DNA of 33,528 bases from contig JBLNAE010000095.1 of the NCBI GenBank assembly GCA_050259195.1, forward strand, positions 1-33,528, given 5' to 3'. The DNA comes from Ignavibacteriales bacterium. Its GTDB lineage: Bacteria; Desulfobacterota_D; UBA1144; Nemesobacterales; CSP1-2. Positions 9,536 through 18,563 of this stretch are shown here, piece by piece; the stretch's first letter is position 1, and every line of letters begins with the position of its first letter. The notes beneath the pieces were generated by a model. The model saw only the letters and a program-made list of their open reading frames with translations, ran no database searches and was not told the origin of the DNA. The position numbers and the translations under genes were made by a program.

Positions 9536-10015
9536 TTATTCGCCCAAAAGTCTGAGAAGTTTATCCTCGTCCTCTATTTCGTCGGCAAGGATTTTTACAA
9601 CCATTTGCGCCGTAACGAGGTCTGCGTGTTGTGTCTTATGATGTAGGTTGTTATAGAACTCAATTGCCTCTCTTTCAGTTTCCAGACTGTCTCTGACCAT
9701 CTTCTGTATATCAGTCGGATCTTTGGGTATATCTTCATGGGTTGAGTATGAATGTTTCTCCCAGTCCGATGTATTTAAAATAGGCTCTCCTTCAAGCTGA
9801 ACAATTCGTTCCATGAATAGTCCGACATGACCCCATTCCTCATTAGACATTTCTTCGAACATTTCGGCTATATGAAGAGAGTTAACACCCGAAGCGATTT
9901 TTGAAAGTATTTTATAACGGTATGCAGCAATCGCCTCAGCCGCCAGAGCTTTATTTAGGTCATTGATAAGTTCTTCAACGCCTAAGTCTATGATTTCAAT
10001 CCCCTTTCTTTTCAT
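9536..10015 (-). CDS. Ferritin-like protein (Dps-like / bacterioferritin-related)
   Basis: LNKALAAE, EEWGH, ERIVQLEGEP, ETEREAIEFY, ILADEIED. Start moved to ATG 10015 after an AGGAGGA RBS. Confidence 0.85.
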   Translation of the reverse strand: MKRKGIEIIDLGVEELINDLNKALAAEAIAAYRYKILSKIASGVNSLHIAEMFEEMSNEEWGHVGLFMERIVQLEGEPILNTSDWEKHSYSTHEDIPKDPTDIQKMVRDSLETEREAIEFYNNLHHKTQHADLVTAQMVVKILADEIEDEDKLLRLLGE

Positions 10016-10083
10016 TTCATTCCTCCTATATAAAGATTCTACAGTTGCCAAACAAATTACCAACTCCGAAGCCGATGGTGATT

Positions 10084-10536
10084 CTAAGATCTTCTTTTCT
10101 GGCAGTTTTTGCAGATGCCGTTTATTTGTACGGTATAGCTCAGCAATTTGTAGTTATATATGGATTTTTTAGGAAGGCCTAAATTGGCAATGGAGTCGTC
10201 GTAGAAATCCTCTACCTTCTTGCACACAATGCAGACCAGGTGGTGATGGTGGTCCAGATTGGCATCGTAGCGGGCGGCGTCATGGAGAACGTTTGCCACA
10301 GAGATGATTCCCAATTTCTCGAAGGTTTCCAGTGTCCTGTAAATCGTCGTAAGAGATATGTTCGAGTAATAGCTCTTAATCTTCTTGTATATTATCTCGG
10401 CGCTCGGATGTTCGCCCGTACCCAACAGCTCTCTATATATGGCAACCCTCTGAGGGGTTACTTTGACCCCCAGGTCTCTACACCGCCTGATAAAACCATC
10501 AACGCGTTCTTGAACAAGAGTTTTATTTACTTTCAC
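10084..10536 (-). CDS. Fur-family transcriptional regulator, PerR-like
   Basis: VTPQR, HPSAE, SLTTIYRTL, RYD...HHHHLVCIVC, C-terminal CKNC; directly upstream of the ferritin-like gene. Confidence 0.92.
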   Translation of the reverse strand: MKVNKTLVQERVDGFIRRCRDLGVKVTPQRVAIYRELLGTGEHPSAEIIYKKIKSYYSNISLTTIYRTLETFEKLGIISVANVLHDAARYDANLDHHHHLVCIVCKKVEDFYDDSIANLGLPKKSIYNYKLLSYTVQINGICKNCQKRRS

Positions 10537-10688
10537 AATCTAAGACCTCAATCTGAGTAAATATCCTACATCAAAATAGAAAAATGCACAATTTTAACCA
10601 AAACCGCATATTTTACTTATTGATAGTTGGTATACTATAAGCAATTGACCGTATCCGTCATAAATAAAAAGCAGGAAGGAGAAGGAGT

Positions 10689-12695
10689 ATGAAGAGAAAT
10701 ATTTTTTCTGCCTTTATTATCCGGCAGGGCAGGTGTTCCTTATTTATTTTATTTATATTGGGTTTTATCTCAAATATACAAGCCCTTACAGACCAAAAGA
10801 TTCCTGGCGCACAGGAAAAGAAGGATTCAAAGGTAAGTTCATTGATAACTTCCATGGTCAGTAAGATGAAGTATTTTGGGATGACTAAGCAAAACGCCAC
10901 AGAGTCTCACCCTTCTTCACTTTCAAATCCGCTCGTTAAAGTGGATGAGAGCGGCAACATTCAAGCCTACATATACGTGCAGGATGCAAATCAGGAGAAT
11001 GTCTCAAAGCTCCAATCAATAGGGGTAAATATCGAGATTATAAATACGAAATACAATATAATTCAAGGGTGGATTCCGTTCGATAAATTAGAAGAAGCAG
11101 GGAGTTTAAATTCCGTAAGGAGTATTACGCCTCCGAGTTATGGAAAGCTGAATGCAGGTTCGGTTACTTCAGAAGGAGATTCTGTAATACGCTCCAACCT
11201 CGAGCGCAGTCAGCTTGGGTTCGATGGCGCGGGAATAAGAGTGGGGGTTATTTCAAACGGGATTGACCACATTTCAGCCTCACAGGCAACCGGTGACATT
11301 CCAGATAATATAATAGTCGGTAATGCCGGAAGCGGAGACGAAGGAACGGCACTGCTCGAAATAGTACACGACATAGCCCCGGGGGCTGAACTTGCATTCT
11401 CAGAGGGGTTTAGCACAAGCATGGCGTTTATTAAATCTATAGATTTTTTAATTAATACCGCCAAGGTAAATGTTATTGTTACTGACATTGAGTTTCTTGA
11501 CGAGCCGTATTTTGAAGATGGAATGATAGCCCAAGAGGCGGAGACCGCTGTTCTGAGCAACGGCGTTGTTTTCATATCCGCCGCCGGAAACGATGCGGGT
11601 GAGCATTATCAGGCAGATTATGTTGAAGCACCACCTGAAAATCAACCATCTGGAATCCCTGGGATCTCAATCCCCCATTTCCATGACTTTGGTGCTGCTG
11701 GGGGAAAAGCAACAAGTGATATTTTCATGCCTGTCTTAGTATGCGGTACAAAATGTGCGCCAAACAACTTTATCACCGTAGTTCTTCAATGGGATGACCC
11801 TTTTGGCAGCTCTTCAAACGACTATGACCTTTATCTATTAGACGTTAATGGAAACCAGTTCCCCTCTTGCGGAACCTGCACAAGCACAAACCACAGCTCT
11901 CAAAACCCTTTAGAAATAGTCTCATTTAAGAACAACACTCCCAATAATATTATGGTAAATGTTGCAATAAATCGCTTTAGTGGTTCGTCTAGGAAATTGG
12001 AGATGTTCTTCAACGGAGCGATTGCCGTAAAAGATTTCAATGTTCCTTTCGATAGTATTTTTGGACATGCCGCCGCAAAAGATGTCATCGCTGTGGGCGC
12101 GGTTCCCGCTACAGATAATATGTTCTGCTCCACCGCATCAGGCCCTGATGAAATTGAAGACTACAGTTCTCAGGGACCCAGGATAATTTTATCCGAGGCT
12201 CAGCCAAGACTAAAACCTGATGTCGTTGGACCCGACGACATTCATATAACCGGTGCGGGAGGTTTTGGCAGCCTCGACGGAAAGGGCGGTTTTATTCTCT
12301 GCGGAACCTCCGGGTCTGCTCCTCATGTAGCTGGGGTTGCCGCGCTTATTTTGAGTAAAAATCCAAGTCTTACACCCGATCAGGTCAGGGGCGCTCTCGA
12401 AAACACCGCTGCGGATTTAGGTCCAAGCGGGGCAGACGACATCTTTGGTTTTGGAAGAATTGATGCATTTGCAGCCGTTCAGTCCGTATCCGGAGGAGCG
12501 ACAAAACCCCCTGCAACACAACCCCCATCAAACAGCGGGGGGAGCAGCAATGGTGGTAGTGGTGGAGGATGCGCTCTTGGCGGACAAACTGCATTAGTCC
12601 AAGGGGTATTCTCTAATCTTTTAATTTTTCTCATTCCTGTGGCAATGCTAGGCTTAAGGATGTTAAGAGCGTTTATAAAATCTAGAGGTCATTAA
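10689..12695 (+). CDS. Secreted S8/S53-like serine peptidase with C-terminal Cys-containing membrane sorting signal
   Basis: Signal peptide and prodomain; DEGTALLEIVHDIAPGA, SAAGN, SSQGP, KPDVVGP, GTSGSAPHVAGVAAL, FGFGRIDA; C-terminal Gly/Ser linker, GGGCALG, TM helix and basic tail. GGAG RBS. Confidence 0.88.
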   Translation: MKRNIFSAFIIRQGRCSLFILFILGFISNIQALTDQKIPGAQEKKDSKVSSLITSMVSKMKYFGMTKQNATESHPSSLSNPLVKVDESGNIQAYIYVQDANQENVSKLQSIGVNIEIINTKYNIIQGWIPFDKLEEAGSLNSVRSITPPSYGKLNAGSVTSEGDSVIRSNLERSQLGFDGAGIRVGVISNGIDHISASQATGDIPDNIIVGNAGSGDEGTALLEIVHDIAPGAELAFSEGFSTSMAFIKSIDFLINTAKVNVIVTDIEFLDEPYFEDGMIAQEAETAVLSNGVVFISAAGNDAGEHYQADYVEAPPENQPSGIPGISIPHFHDFGAAGGKATSDIFMPVLVCGTKCAPNNFITVVLQWDDPFGSSSNDYDLYLLDVNGNQFPSCGTCTSTNHSSQNPLEIVSFKNNTPNNIMVNVAINRFSGSSRKLEMFFNGAIAVKDFNVPFDSIFGHAAAKDVIAVGAVPATDNMFCSTASGPDEIEDYSSQGPRIILSEAQPRLKPDVVGPDDIHITGAGGFGSLDGKGGFILCGTSGSAPHVAGVAALILSKNPSLTPDQVRGALENTAADLGPSGADDIFGFGRIDAFAAVQSVSGGATKPPATQPPSNSGGSSNGGSGGGCALGGQTALVQGVFSNLLIFLIPVAMLGLRMLRAFIKSRGH

Positions 12696-12716
12696 GTCAG
12701 AGGCAAAGTCCCGAAC

Positions 12717-12746
12717 TGTAGTGGTAGGGGGCACAATGCCACTACA
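12717..12746. repeat. REP-like palindrome (GTAGTGG variant)
   Basis: TGTAGTGG...CCACTACA inverted arms 21 nt after the protease stop. Confidence 0.6.
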
Positions 12747-12786
12747 ATTGTAACAATATTTTAACGAAATTACTCAGGGAGAAGAG

Positions 12787-13002
12787 GTGAAGAGAATCAG
12801 AGAGATTCAAAACTGGAAAGAGGGAGATAAAAGGGACATTACTGACAAAGAGCTTAAAGCTCTCGATGAAAGGGGGCTTTACGATTCTTATGACAGAACC
12901 TACAAAATTGACGGATTTAAATGGAAAGTTGTTTCTAAATTAGTGAATCCTGATTCGAGAGTCATTTATACGCTGGAGTGTTCAGGTATTGAGGATGATT
13001 AG
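12787..13002 (+). CDS. Small hypothetical protein (71 aa)
   Basis: GTG start after purine-rich GGGAGAAGAG; fills the intergenic space; plausible composition. Confidence 0.6.
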   Translation: MKRIREIQNWKEGDKRDITDKELKALDERGLYDSYDRTYKIDGFKWKVVSKLVNPDSRVIYTLECSGIEDD

Positions 13003-13035
13003 TAGGAGCGGATTTCAAACCCGCCCCTACTAATC
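12997..13035. repeat. REP-like palindrome between convergent genes, possible bidirectional terminator
   Basis: GATTA-GTAGGAGCGGATTTCAAACCCGCCCCTAC-TAATC. Confidence 0.8.
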
Positions 13036-13398
13036 AAAAAATCTCTCAAGCGGTGTTCCAGACCAAAGGGCATAAGGCTCAGGTGGAGAAGAGGGGCTTG
13101 GGAAATTGGGGCGTTCTGAGTTGCTCACAGGATCGGCAATTTTAGGAGAAATCATCCGGTCGGGAAGCCCGGGCATGTCGGGGTCGGAAGCGTCTTCTGT
13201 AAACGCAACTACCCAGCCGTCGTTGTCTCTTAATAGTCCATTTTTGAACCAGCCGATGTGCTCACAACTATTTGTGTAGACTGCGCCATCTGAAATAACC
13301 ACCCAACCAACGAGATTGTCTTCTATATCCAGAATGCGTCCATCATAAATTAACCTCATCCTGGGAACGCCATGTTCATCATACAGCCATGTGGACAT
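13030..13398 (-). CDS. 4-fold beta-flower domain-like protein
   Basis: Repeated units LYDEHG / ILDIEDNLVGW / VYTNSCEHIGW / LRDNDGWVVAF followed by a Pro-rich tail; CAGGAGG RBS. Confidence 0.65.
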   Translation of the reverse strand: MSTWLYDEHGVPRMRLIYDGRILDIEDNLVGWVVISDGAVYTNSCEHIGWFKNGLLRDNDGWVVAFTEDASDPDMPGLPDRMISPKIADPVSNSERPNFPSPSSPPEPYALWSGTPLERFFD

Positions 13399-13437
13399 TG
13401 TGAATTCCTCCTGTAGTTACTCATTTAGCTTCCTTAG

Positions 13438-13462
13438 GAGGGACGAGACGGGTCGCCCCTGC
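13438..13462. repeat. Degenerate REP-like palindrome
   Basis: Minus strand reads GCAGGGGCGACCCGTCTCGTCCCTC, a decayed GTAGGGGCGA...TCGCCCCTAC. Confidence 0.5.
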
Positions 13463-13554
13463 AACCCACCATTGATATTTTAACCATAAGCAATAATATT
13501 CCATAGAGAGCTTGAAAACAAAGGGATGTGCGAGTAATTTAACTAAAGCCCAGA

Positions 13555-14178
13555 ATGAATCCAATGAATCTTGTGGAGAAAAATAAAGTATTTGCCGTAA
13601 TCCGCGCAGAGAATTCAGAAAATGCCCTTAGACTGGCGGAGGCTTGTATTGAAGGCGGGCTTAAATTGATTGAGATAACTTTCTCATTTCCTGAAGCGGA
13701 GGAGGTTGTTGAGGAACTGAGCAAGATAAACGACATTCTCGCAGGAGCGGGAACTGTGCTGAACGTTGATATGGCAAGAAGCGCGGCTAATTCAGGCGCA
13801 AGGTTTATAATCTCTCCTCACACAGATAGAGAAATCATATTTTATGCCAAATCCAAGGATCTTTTGGTTGTATCGGGCGCGCTTACTTCCAATGAAATCT
13901 TAAAGGCATGGAATTTAGGAACGGATTTAGTAAAAATCTTTCCTGTGAAATCCGTCGGGGGAGCATCTTACATAAAAGCGATAAAAGAGCCGCTCCCTTT
14001 CATCAAAGTCATGACCACAGGCGGAGTAACGATGGAGAATTTTACAGATTTTCTTCAGGCTGGCGCCACTGCGGTTGGCCTTTCAAGCAGCTTGATAGGG
14101 AGCGATAGCTTAGTTGGTTCTAAAATCATCTCTCAGAGGGCAAGAAGAGTTGTTCAGATTTTGAGTGAGTTTGAATAG
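13555..14178 (+). CDS. eda: KDPG/KHG aldolase
   Basis: AVIR, IEIT, GAGTV, FIISP, Schiff-base VKIFP, TGGV. Start may be ATG 13564. Confidence 0.9.
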   Translation: MNPMNLVEKNKVFAVIRAENSENALRLAEACIEGGLKLIEITFSFPEAEEVVEELSKINDILAGAGTVLNVDMARSAANSGARFIISPHTDREIIFYAKSKDLLVVSGALTSNEILKAWNLGTDLVKIFPVKSVGGASYIKAIKEPLPFIKVMTTGGVTMENFTDFLQAGATAVGLSSSLIGSDSLVGSKIISQRARRVVQILSEFE

Positions 14179-14286
14179 AAGATTTACAGTTAACCGAATA
14201 AATCTCTAATAATTGACGCTACAATTAATGTGATTTTTTGCGGCATAATATGAGATATTTTAATCCCCACTCGCAAATGAGATGGA

Positions 14287-16722
14287 ATGAATAAAAGATA
14301 CATATGCATTCATGGACACTTTTATCAACCCCCTAGAGAAAGCCCCTGGCTTGAAGAGATAGAGGTTGAAGATTCCGCATATCCGTATCACGACTGGAAT
14401 CAGAGAATAACTGATGAGTGCTACGGCCCAAACGCAGCCTCACGCATTCTCGATAGAGAAGAACACATCTCGGAAATTGTAAACAACTATTCAAAAATAA
14501 GCTTCAATTTTGGCCCCACCCTGCTTTCGTGGATGGAAAACCACAAGCCTCAGGTGTATGCACAGATAATAGAATCAGACAAAATCAGCCAAAAAGAAAG
14601 AGGCGGTCACGGGAATGCAATCGCTCAGTGCTACAACCACATAATAATGCCTCTGGCATCAAAGAGAGATAAAGTCACTCAAGTTATCTGGGGAATCAGG
14701 GACTTTGAAATGAGGTTTGGAAGAAAACCCGAAGGGATGTGGCTTCCTGAGACTGCTGTTGACATCGAGACGCTCAAGATTCTCTCAGATCACGGGATTA
14801 AATTTACAATTCTTTCGCCGCACCAGGCGTATAGAGTTCGTCCAGGGGGCGAGAGGAAATGGACTGACGTGAGCGGAGGAAGGGTTGATCCGAGGCGTCT
14901 CTACTGCGTCTCAGTGGGGGATGGGAAATTCATCAACGTCTTCTTCTATCACGATCGCATTGCTCGCGCTGTTGCGTTTGAGGGACTTCTTGGAGATGGA
15001 GATAAATTTACAAACCGTCTTATTGAGGGGTTTGACAGCGGAGATGAAAATCCACAGGTCTTAAATATCGCAACGGATGGCGAAACATACGGCCATCACC
15101 ATAGATTCGGCGATATGGCCCTTGCTTATGCACTGAAAAAAATTGAAGAAAACGGCCTGGTAAAAATCACAAACTATGGGGAGTACATTAAGAAATTCCC
15201 TCCTGAATATGAAGCGGAGATTTTTGAAAATACATCATGGAGCTGTGCGCACGGAGTAGAGAGGTGGCGCAGCGACTGCGGATGCAAATCCGGAGGCGAT
15301 CCGTCATGGAATCAAAAGTGGAGAAAACCACTGAGGGACGCGCTTAACTGGCTAAAGGACAAGGTTGATTTAATCTTTGAAAAAGAAGGAGTTAATTTCT
15401 TCAAGGACGTATGGGAATCAAGAGATGGATACATAGACGTTATATTCGACAGGTCGCGTGAAAGTGTGGAAGAGTTCTTTGGGCGATTTAAAAAACGAGA
15501 GCTTTCTGATGCCGAAAAGGTCACGGCACTTAAACTCCTTGAGATGGAAAGGCAGACACTCCTTAGTTTTACAAGCTGCGGCTGGTTTTTTTCCGACATC
15601 TCAGGAATCGAAACAGTTCAGATTCTAAAATACGCCGCGCGAACAATTCAGCTCACCATAGAGCTTACCGGGATTGATGATTTGGAACCGAGATTTCTTG
15701 ATATGCTTTCTCTTGCCCCCAGCAATGCTCCTAACATCGGCAATGGGAGAGCGGTTTATGAAAATTCAGTGAAGCCATACGTTGTTGACCTAAAGAGAGC
15801 CATTGCCCACTATGCCATAACGTCGCTTTTTAGAGAATACGTGAAAGAAGGTCAAATATTTTCATTTGATTTTCAAACGCCCGACTATCAAAAGGACTCG
15901 CTCGGAGCAGTGACCCTTCTTATCGGAAGAACCAGGATTCGGTCCAAAATCGTATGGGAGGCAACTCAGGCAGTATTCGGCGTCCTGTACTTCGGCGGAT
16001 ACGATTTCAGATGCTCAATAAAAGGTTTCCTCGATCTCCCTGACTATGAGAGATTAAAAGGAGAACTTTTTGAAATGTTTATTAGTCATTCCATTACCGA
16101 AGTTATCCGGGCGATGGATGTGCACTTTACCGGCGATTACTATACGCTGAAGGATTTGTTCATTGATGAGAGAAGAAGGATCGCGGAGTTTCTGCTGGAG
16201 AGCACGCTCTCTCGATACACGGATATTTACGAGAGAATTTATGAAGAAAATAGAAAACTCCTCCACTTTCTCCGGAGCATAAACGCTCCTATTCCCTCCA
16301 CCCTCAAGATAGCAACTGAGTTTGCCCTAAACTCCCGCATATCCCATGCCGTAATCAAATTGCTTGCGGGAGAAACGGGCATTAAAGACATCGAAGAATT
16401 GGCTCTCAGGGTTCGTGAGGAGGAAAACAAATTGGTATGTGAAGTAAATTGGGAGGGGCTGAAAAAGGCTTTAGAGAAGTTGGGAGAGAAAAACATGGAG
16501 TCCTTGTTGAAATATTATGAACCGAGAAAGATAGAAGATGTCTTACGAGTAATTGAGTTTGGCGAGAGGCTTAAATTAAACTTAGATATATGGGAAATAC
16601 AGAATCTATTCTGGAGATTAATTGACAGAAAGGCTCTCTTGGGAGATGAATCAGAGATGATTTTCCGGTTGGGAGAAAAACTCAGGTTTAGCAGGAGCAC
16701 CATAGAGTCTAAGCAATTGTAG
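14287..16722 (+). CDS. Glycoside hydrolase family 57 protein with DUF3536-type C-terminal domain
   Basis: IHGHFYQPPRE, SFNFGPTLL, YNHIIMPL, GMWLPETA, ATDGETYGHH, SWSCAHGVERW, FTSCGWFF. Confidence 0.92.
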   Translation: MNKRYICIHGHFYQPPRESPWLEEIEVEDSAYPYHDWNQRITDECYGPNAASRILDREEHISEIVNNYSKISFNFGPTLLSWMENHKPQVYAQIIESDKISQKERGGHGNAIAQCYNHIIMPLASKRDKVTQVIWGIRDFEMRFGRKPEGMWLPETAVDIETLKILSDHGIKFTILSPHQAYRVRPGGERKWTDVSGGRVDPRRLYCVSVGDGKFINVFFYHDRIARAVAFEGLLGDGDKFTNRLIEGFDSGDENPQVLNIATDGETYGHHHRFGDMALAYALKKIEENGLVKITNYGEYIKKFPPEYEAEIFENTSWSCAHGVERWRSDCGCKSGGDPSWNQKWRKPLRDALNWLKDKVDLIFEKEGVNFFKDVWESRDGYIDVIFDRSRESVEEFFGRFKKRELSDAEKVTALKLLEMERQTLLSFTSCGWFFSDISGIETVQILKYAARTIQLTIELTGIDDLEPRFLDMLSLAPSNAPNIGNGRAVYENSVKPYVVDLKRAIAHYAITSLFREYVKEGQIFSFDFQTPDYQKDSLGAVTLLIGRTRIRSKIVWEATQAVFGVLYFGGYDFRCSIKGFLDLPDYERLKGELFEMFISHSITEVIRAMDVHFTGDYYTLKDLFIDERRRIAEFLLESTLSRYTDIYERIYEENRKLLHFLRSINAPIPSTLKIATEFALNSRISHAVIKLLAGETGIKDIEELALRVREEENKLVCEVNWEGLKKALEKLGEKNMESLLKYYEPRKIEDVLRVIEFGERLKLNLDIWEIQNLFWRLIDRKALLGDESEMIFRLGEKLRFSRSTIESKQL

Positions 16723-16799
16723 AGCAATCCTTGCGGTTACCCTCATCATGAGGGAATATCCTTCGATAGTCTCAGGACAGACAAGATTCGCCCCTACAA
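16717..16799. repeat. REPIN-like composite: two inverted degenerate REPs with a nested hairpin
   Basis: TTGTAGAGCAATCCTTGCGGTTACCC at left, ACAAGATTCGCCCCTACAA at right, TCCTTCGATAGTCTCAGGA inside. Confidence 0.65.
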
Positions 16800-16920
16800 T
16801 TTTACCCGGTTGGGAGATTTCAAAATTTAACGAATATATTTAGAAAAGCCTTAAACGGTGATAATATTAGAAGCAAAGATTTTGATTTTTTAGATCACCG
16901 TCAAAATTTGAGGAGGAATA

Positions 16921-18393
16921 ATGAAAGTACTTTTTGTTTCCCCTGAGATGGAGCCGCTTGCCAAAGTAGGAGGGCTTGCCGATGTTGTAGGCGCTCTACC
17001 AAAAGAGCTTAAAAACCTGGGATGTGATGTGAGGGTAGTCATCCCTCTTTACCGCCACGTAAAAGAGAATCTAAAAAGGCTCAATATAAACGTAAAAAGT
17101 CTGAAGAAAGAGATCGCGGTCTCGCTTGATTGGCTTGTCTTTAAGGGAAAGATAAAAGAGGTTAATTTAAATGGCGTTCCGGTCTACTTGGTTGAGAACG
17201 ACAGTTTCTTCGACCGCGAGCACATATACAGCATGCCCCAGGGCGATTACACAGATAACGATTTGAGATTCGGATTTCTTTCGCTCGGAGCTCTTGAGAT
17301 TGCAAAAGCGCTTAATTTCAAGCCCGACATTATTCACTGCCACGACTGGCAGACGGCTCTTGTTCCTATATCGCTAAAAGGGAGAAAGCATTTAAAAGAC
17401 GATTCGTTTTTCATAAACTCAAAGCTCGTTTTTACAATTCATAACATCTCTTATCAGGGATTATTCGCCAAAGAGGTATTTGAAAAGTTGGGACTCCCGC
17501 CTGATCTGTTTAGGCCTCAGGGTCTTGAATTCTATGGAAAGGTAAATCTTCTCAAGGGTGGCATAATCTATTCGGATGTGGTTACTACAGTAAGCCCGAC
17601 TTATGCTCAGGAGATAAAAACGCCTGAATATGGATACGGCTTGGACGGTGTTCTGAGGTGGATTTCCCAAGATTCAAATAAGCTGGTAGGGATTTTAAAC
17701 GGGATTGACTACGAGGCATGGAATCCGGAAACGGATAAAGCCCTTTACGTAAACTACGGCGTTGGGGACATTGGGAGCAAATTAAAAAATAAGTCCCGGC
17801 TTCAAAATGATCTCGGACTCAGCGCCGATGAAGGAAAACCGCTCCTTGGGATGGTCTCAAGGCTTGCCGAGCAAAAGGGCGTAGACCTTGTGGTTGATGC
17901 GCTTCCTCAGATTTTTGATCTGGGATTTCAGGTAGCGATTCTTGGCTCAGGCGATGAAAAATACATGCTCATGCTTGAGAATGCAATGCCCAGATACAGA
18001 GGAAACTTATCCGTAGTCTTCGGATTTAAGGATGTAGTGGCAAGAAGAATCTATGCGGGCTGTGATATGTTTCTTATGCCTTCGCGTTTCGAGCCATGCG
18101 GGCTTGGTCAGATGATTGCCTTAAGATACGGAAACATTCCCGTTGTAAGGGCGACGGGAGGTCTTTTAGATACGGTAAGGGATTACACAAACCATAAAGA
18201 GAACGGAAATGGATTTGTATTTCACGAGTTTTCAATGGTGAGTTTTTTTAATGTCCTCACCAGAGCGCTCTCCGTATACGAAAACCGCGAGGAGTGGGGA
18301 AAGCTTGTCTCAAGAGCGATGAAAGAGGATTTTTCCTGGCAAAGGTCAAGCAAAGAGTATCTGGAGCTATACAAAAGGCTAATTGGTGGTTAG
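16921..18393 (+). CDS. glgA: Glycogen synthase
   Basis: KVGGLADV, HCHDWQT, FTIHNISYQG, GILNGID, MPSRFEPCGLGQ, TGGLLDTV; GAGGAGG RBS. Confidence 0.97.
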   Translation: MKVLFVSPEMEPLAKVGGLADVVGALPKELKNLGCDVRVVIPLYRHVKENLKRLNINVKSLKKEIAVSLDWLVFKGKIKEVNLNGVPVYLVENDSFFDREHIYSMPQGDYTDNDLRFGFLSLGALEIAKALNFKPDIIHCHDWQTALVPISLKGRKHLKDDSFFINSKLVFTIHNISYQGLFAKEVFEKLGLPPDLFRPQGLEFYGKVNLLKGGIIYSDVVTTVSPTYAQEIKTPEYGYGLDGVLRWISQDSNKLVGILNGIDYEAWNPETDKALYVNYGVGDIGSKLKNKSRLQNDLGLSADEGKPLLGMVSRLAEQKGVDLVVDALPQIFDLGFQVAILGSGDEKYMLMLENAMPRYRGNLSVVFGFKDVVARRIYAGCDMFLMPSRFEPCGLGQMIALRYGNIPVVRATGGLLDTVRDYTNHKENGNGFVFHEFSMVSFFNVLTRALSVYENREEWGKLVSRAMKEDFSWQRSSKEYLELYKRLIGG

Positions 18394-18398
18394 CGAAT

Positions 18399-18541
18399 TG
18401 TAGGGCAATCGGCCGGTTGCTCCCACTTTGGGGAAAGCACATCCTATAGATCAAAGCCTGCGGTGAGCTAGTCGAACCGCATCTTCCTTCGTGGTGAGAC
18501 CCCTAAAGAGTAATGGGCAATCAGAGGGAATTGCCCCTACA
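18399..18541. repeat. REPIN-like composite: two inverted REPs with a nested hairpin
   Basis: TGTAGGGCAATCGGCCGGTTGCTCC at left, GGGCAATCAGAGGGAATTGCCCCTACA at right, TGCGGTGAGCTAGTCGAACCGCA inside. Confidence 0.7.
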
Positions 18542-18563
18542 TAGCCAATTACGGCGATAAATA

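Noticed and set aside
9411-9641. 76-aa plus-strand ORF and weak hairpin GCAGACTT...AAGTCCCGC between mazG and the ferritin-like gene
   Set aside because: The ORF overlaps the ferritin gene antisense and has no recognisable motif; the hairpin is too degenerate to assign to the REP family or an ncRNA.
10537-10688. Possible Per/Fur box in the divergent intergenic region
   Set aside because: AT-rich but no convincing 7-1-7 inverted repeat; only a possible extended -10 (TGGTATACT, 10628-10636).
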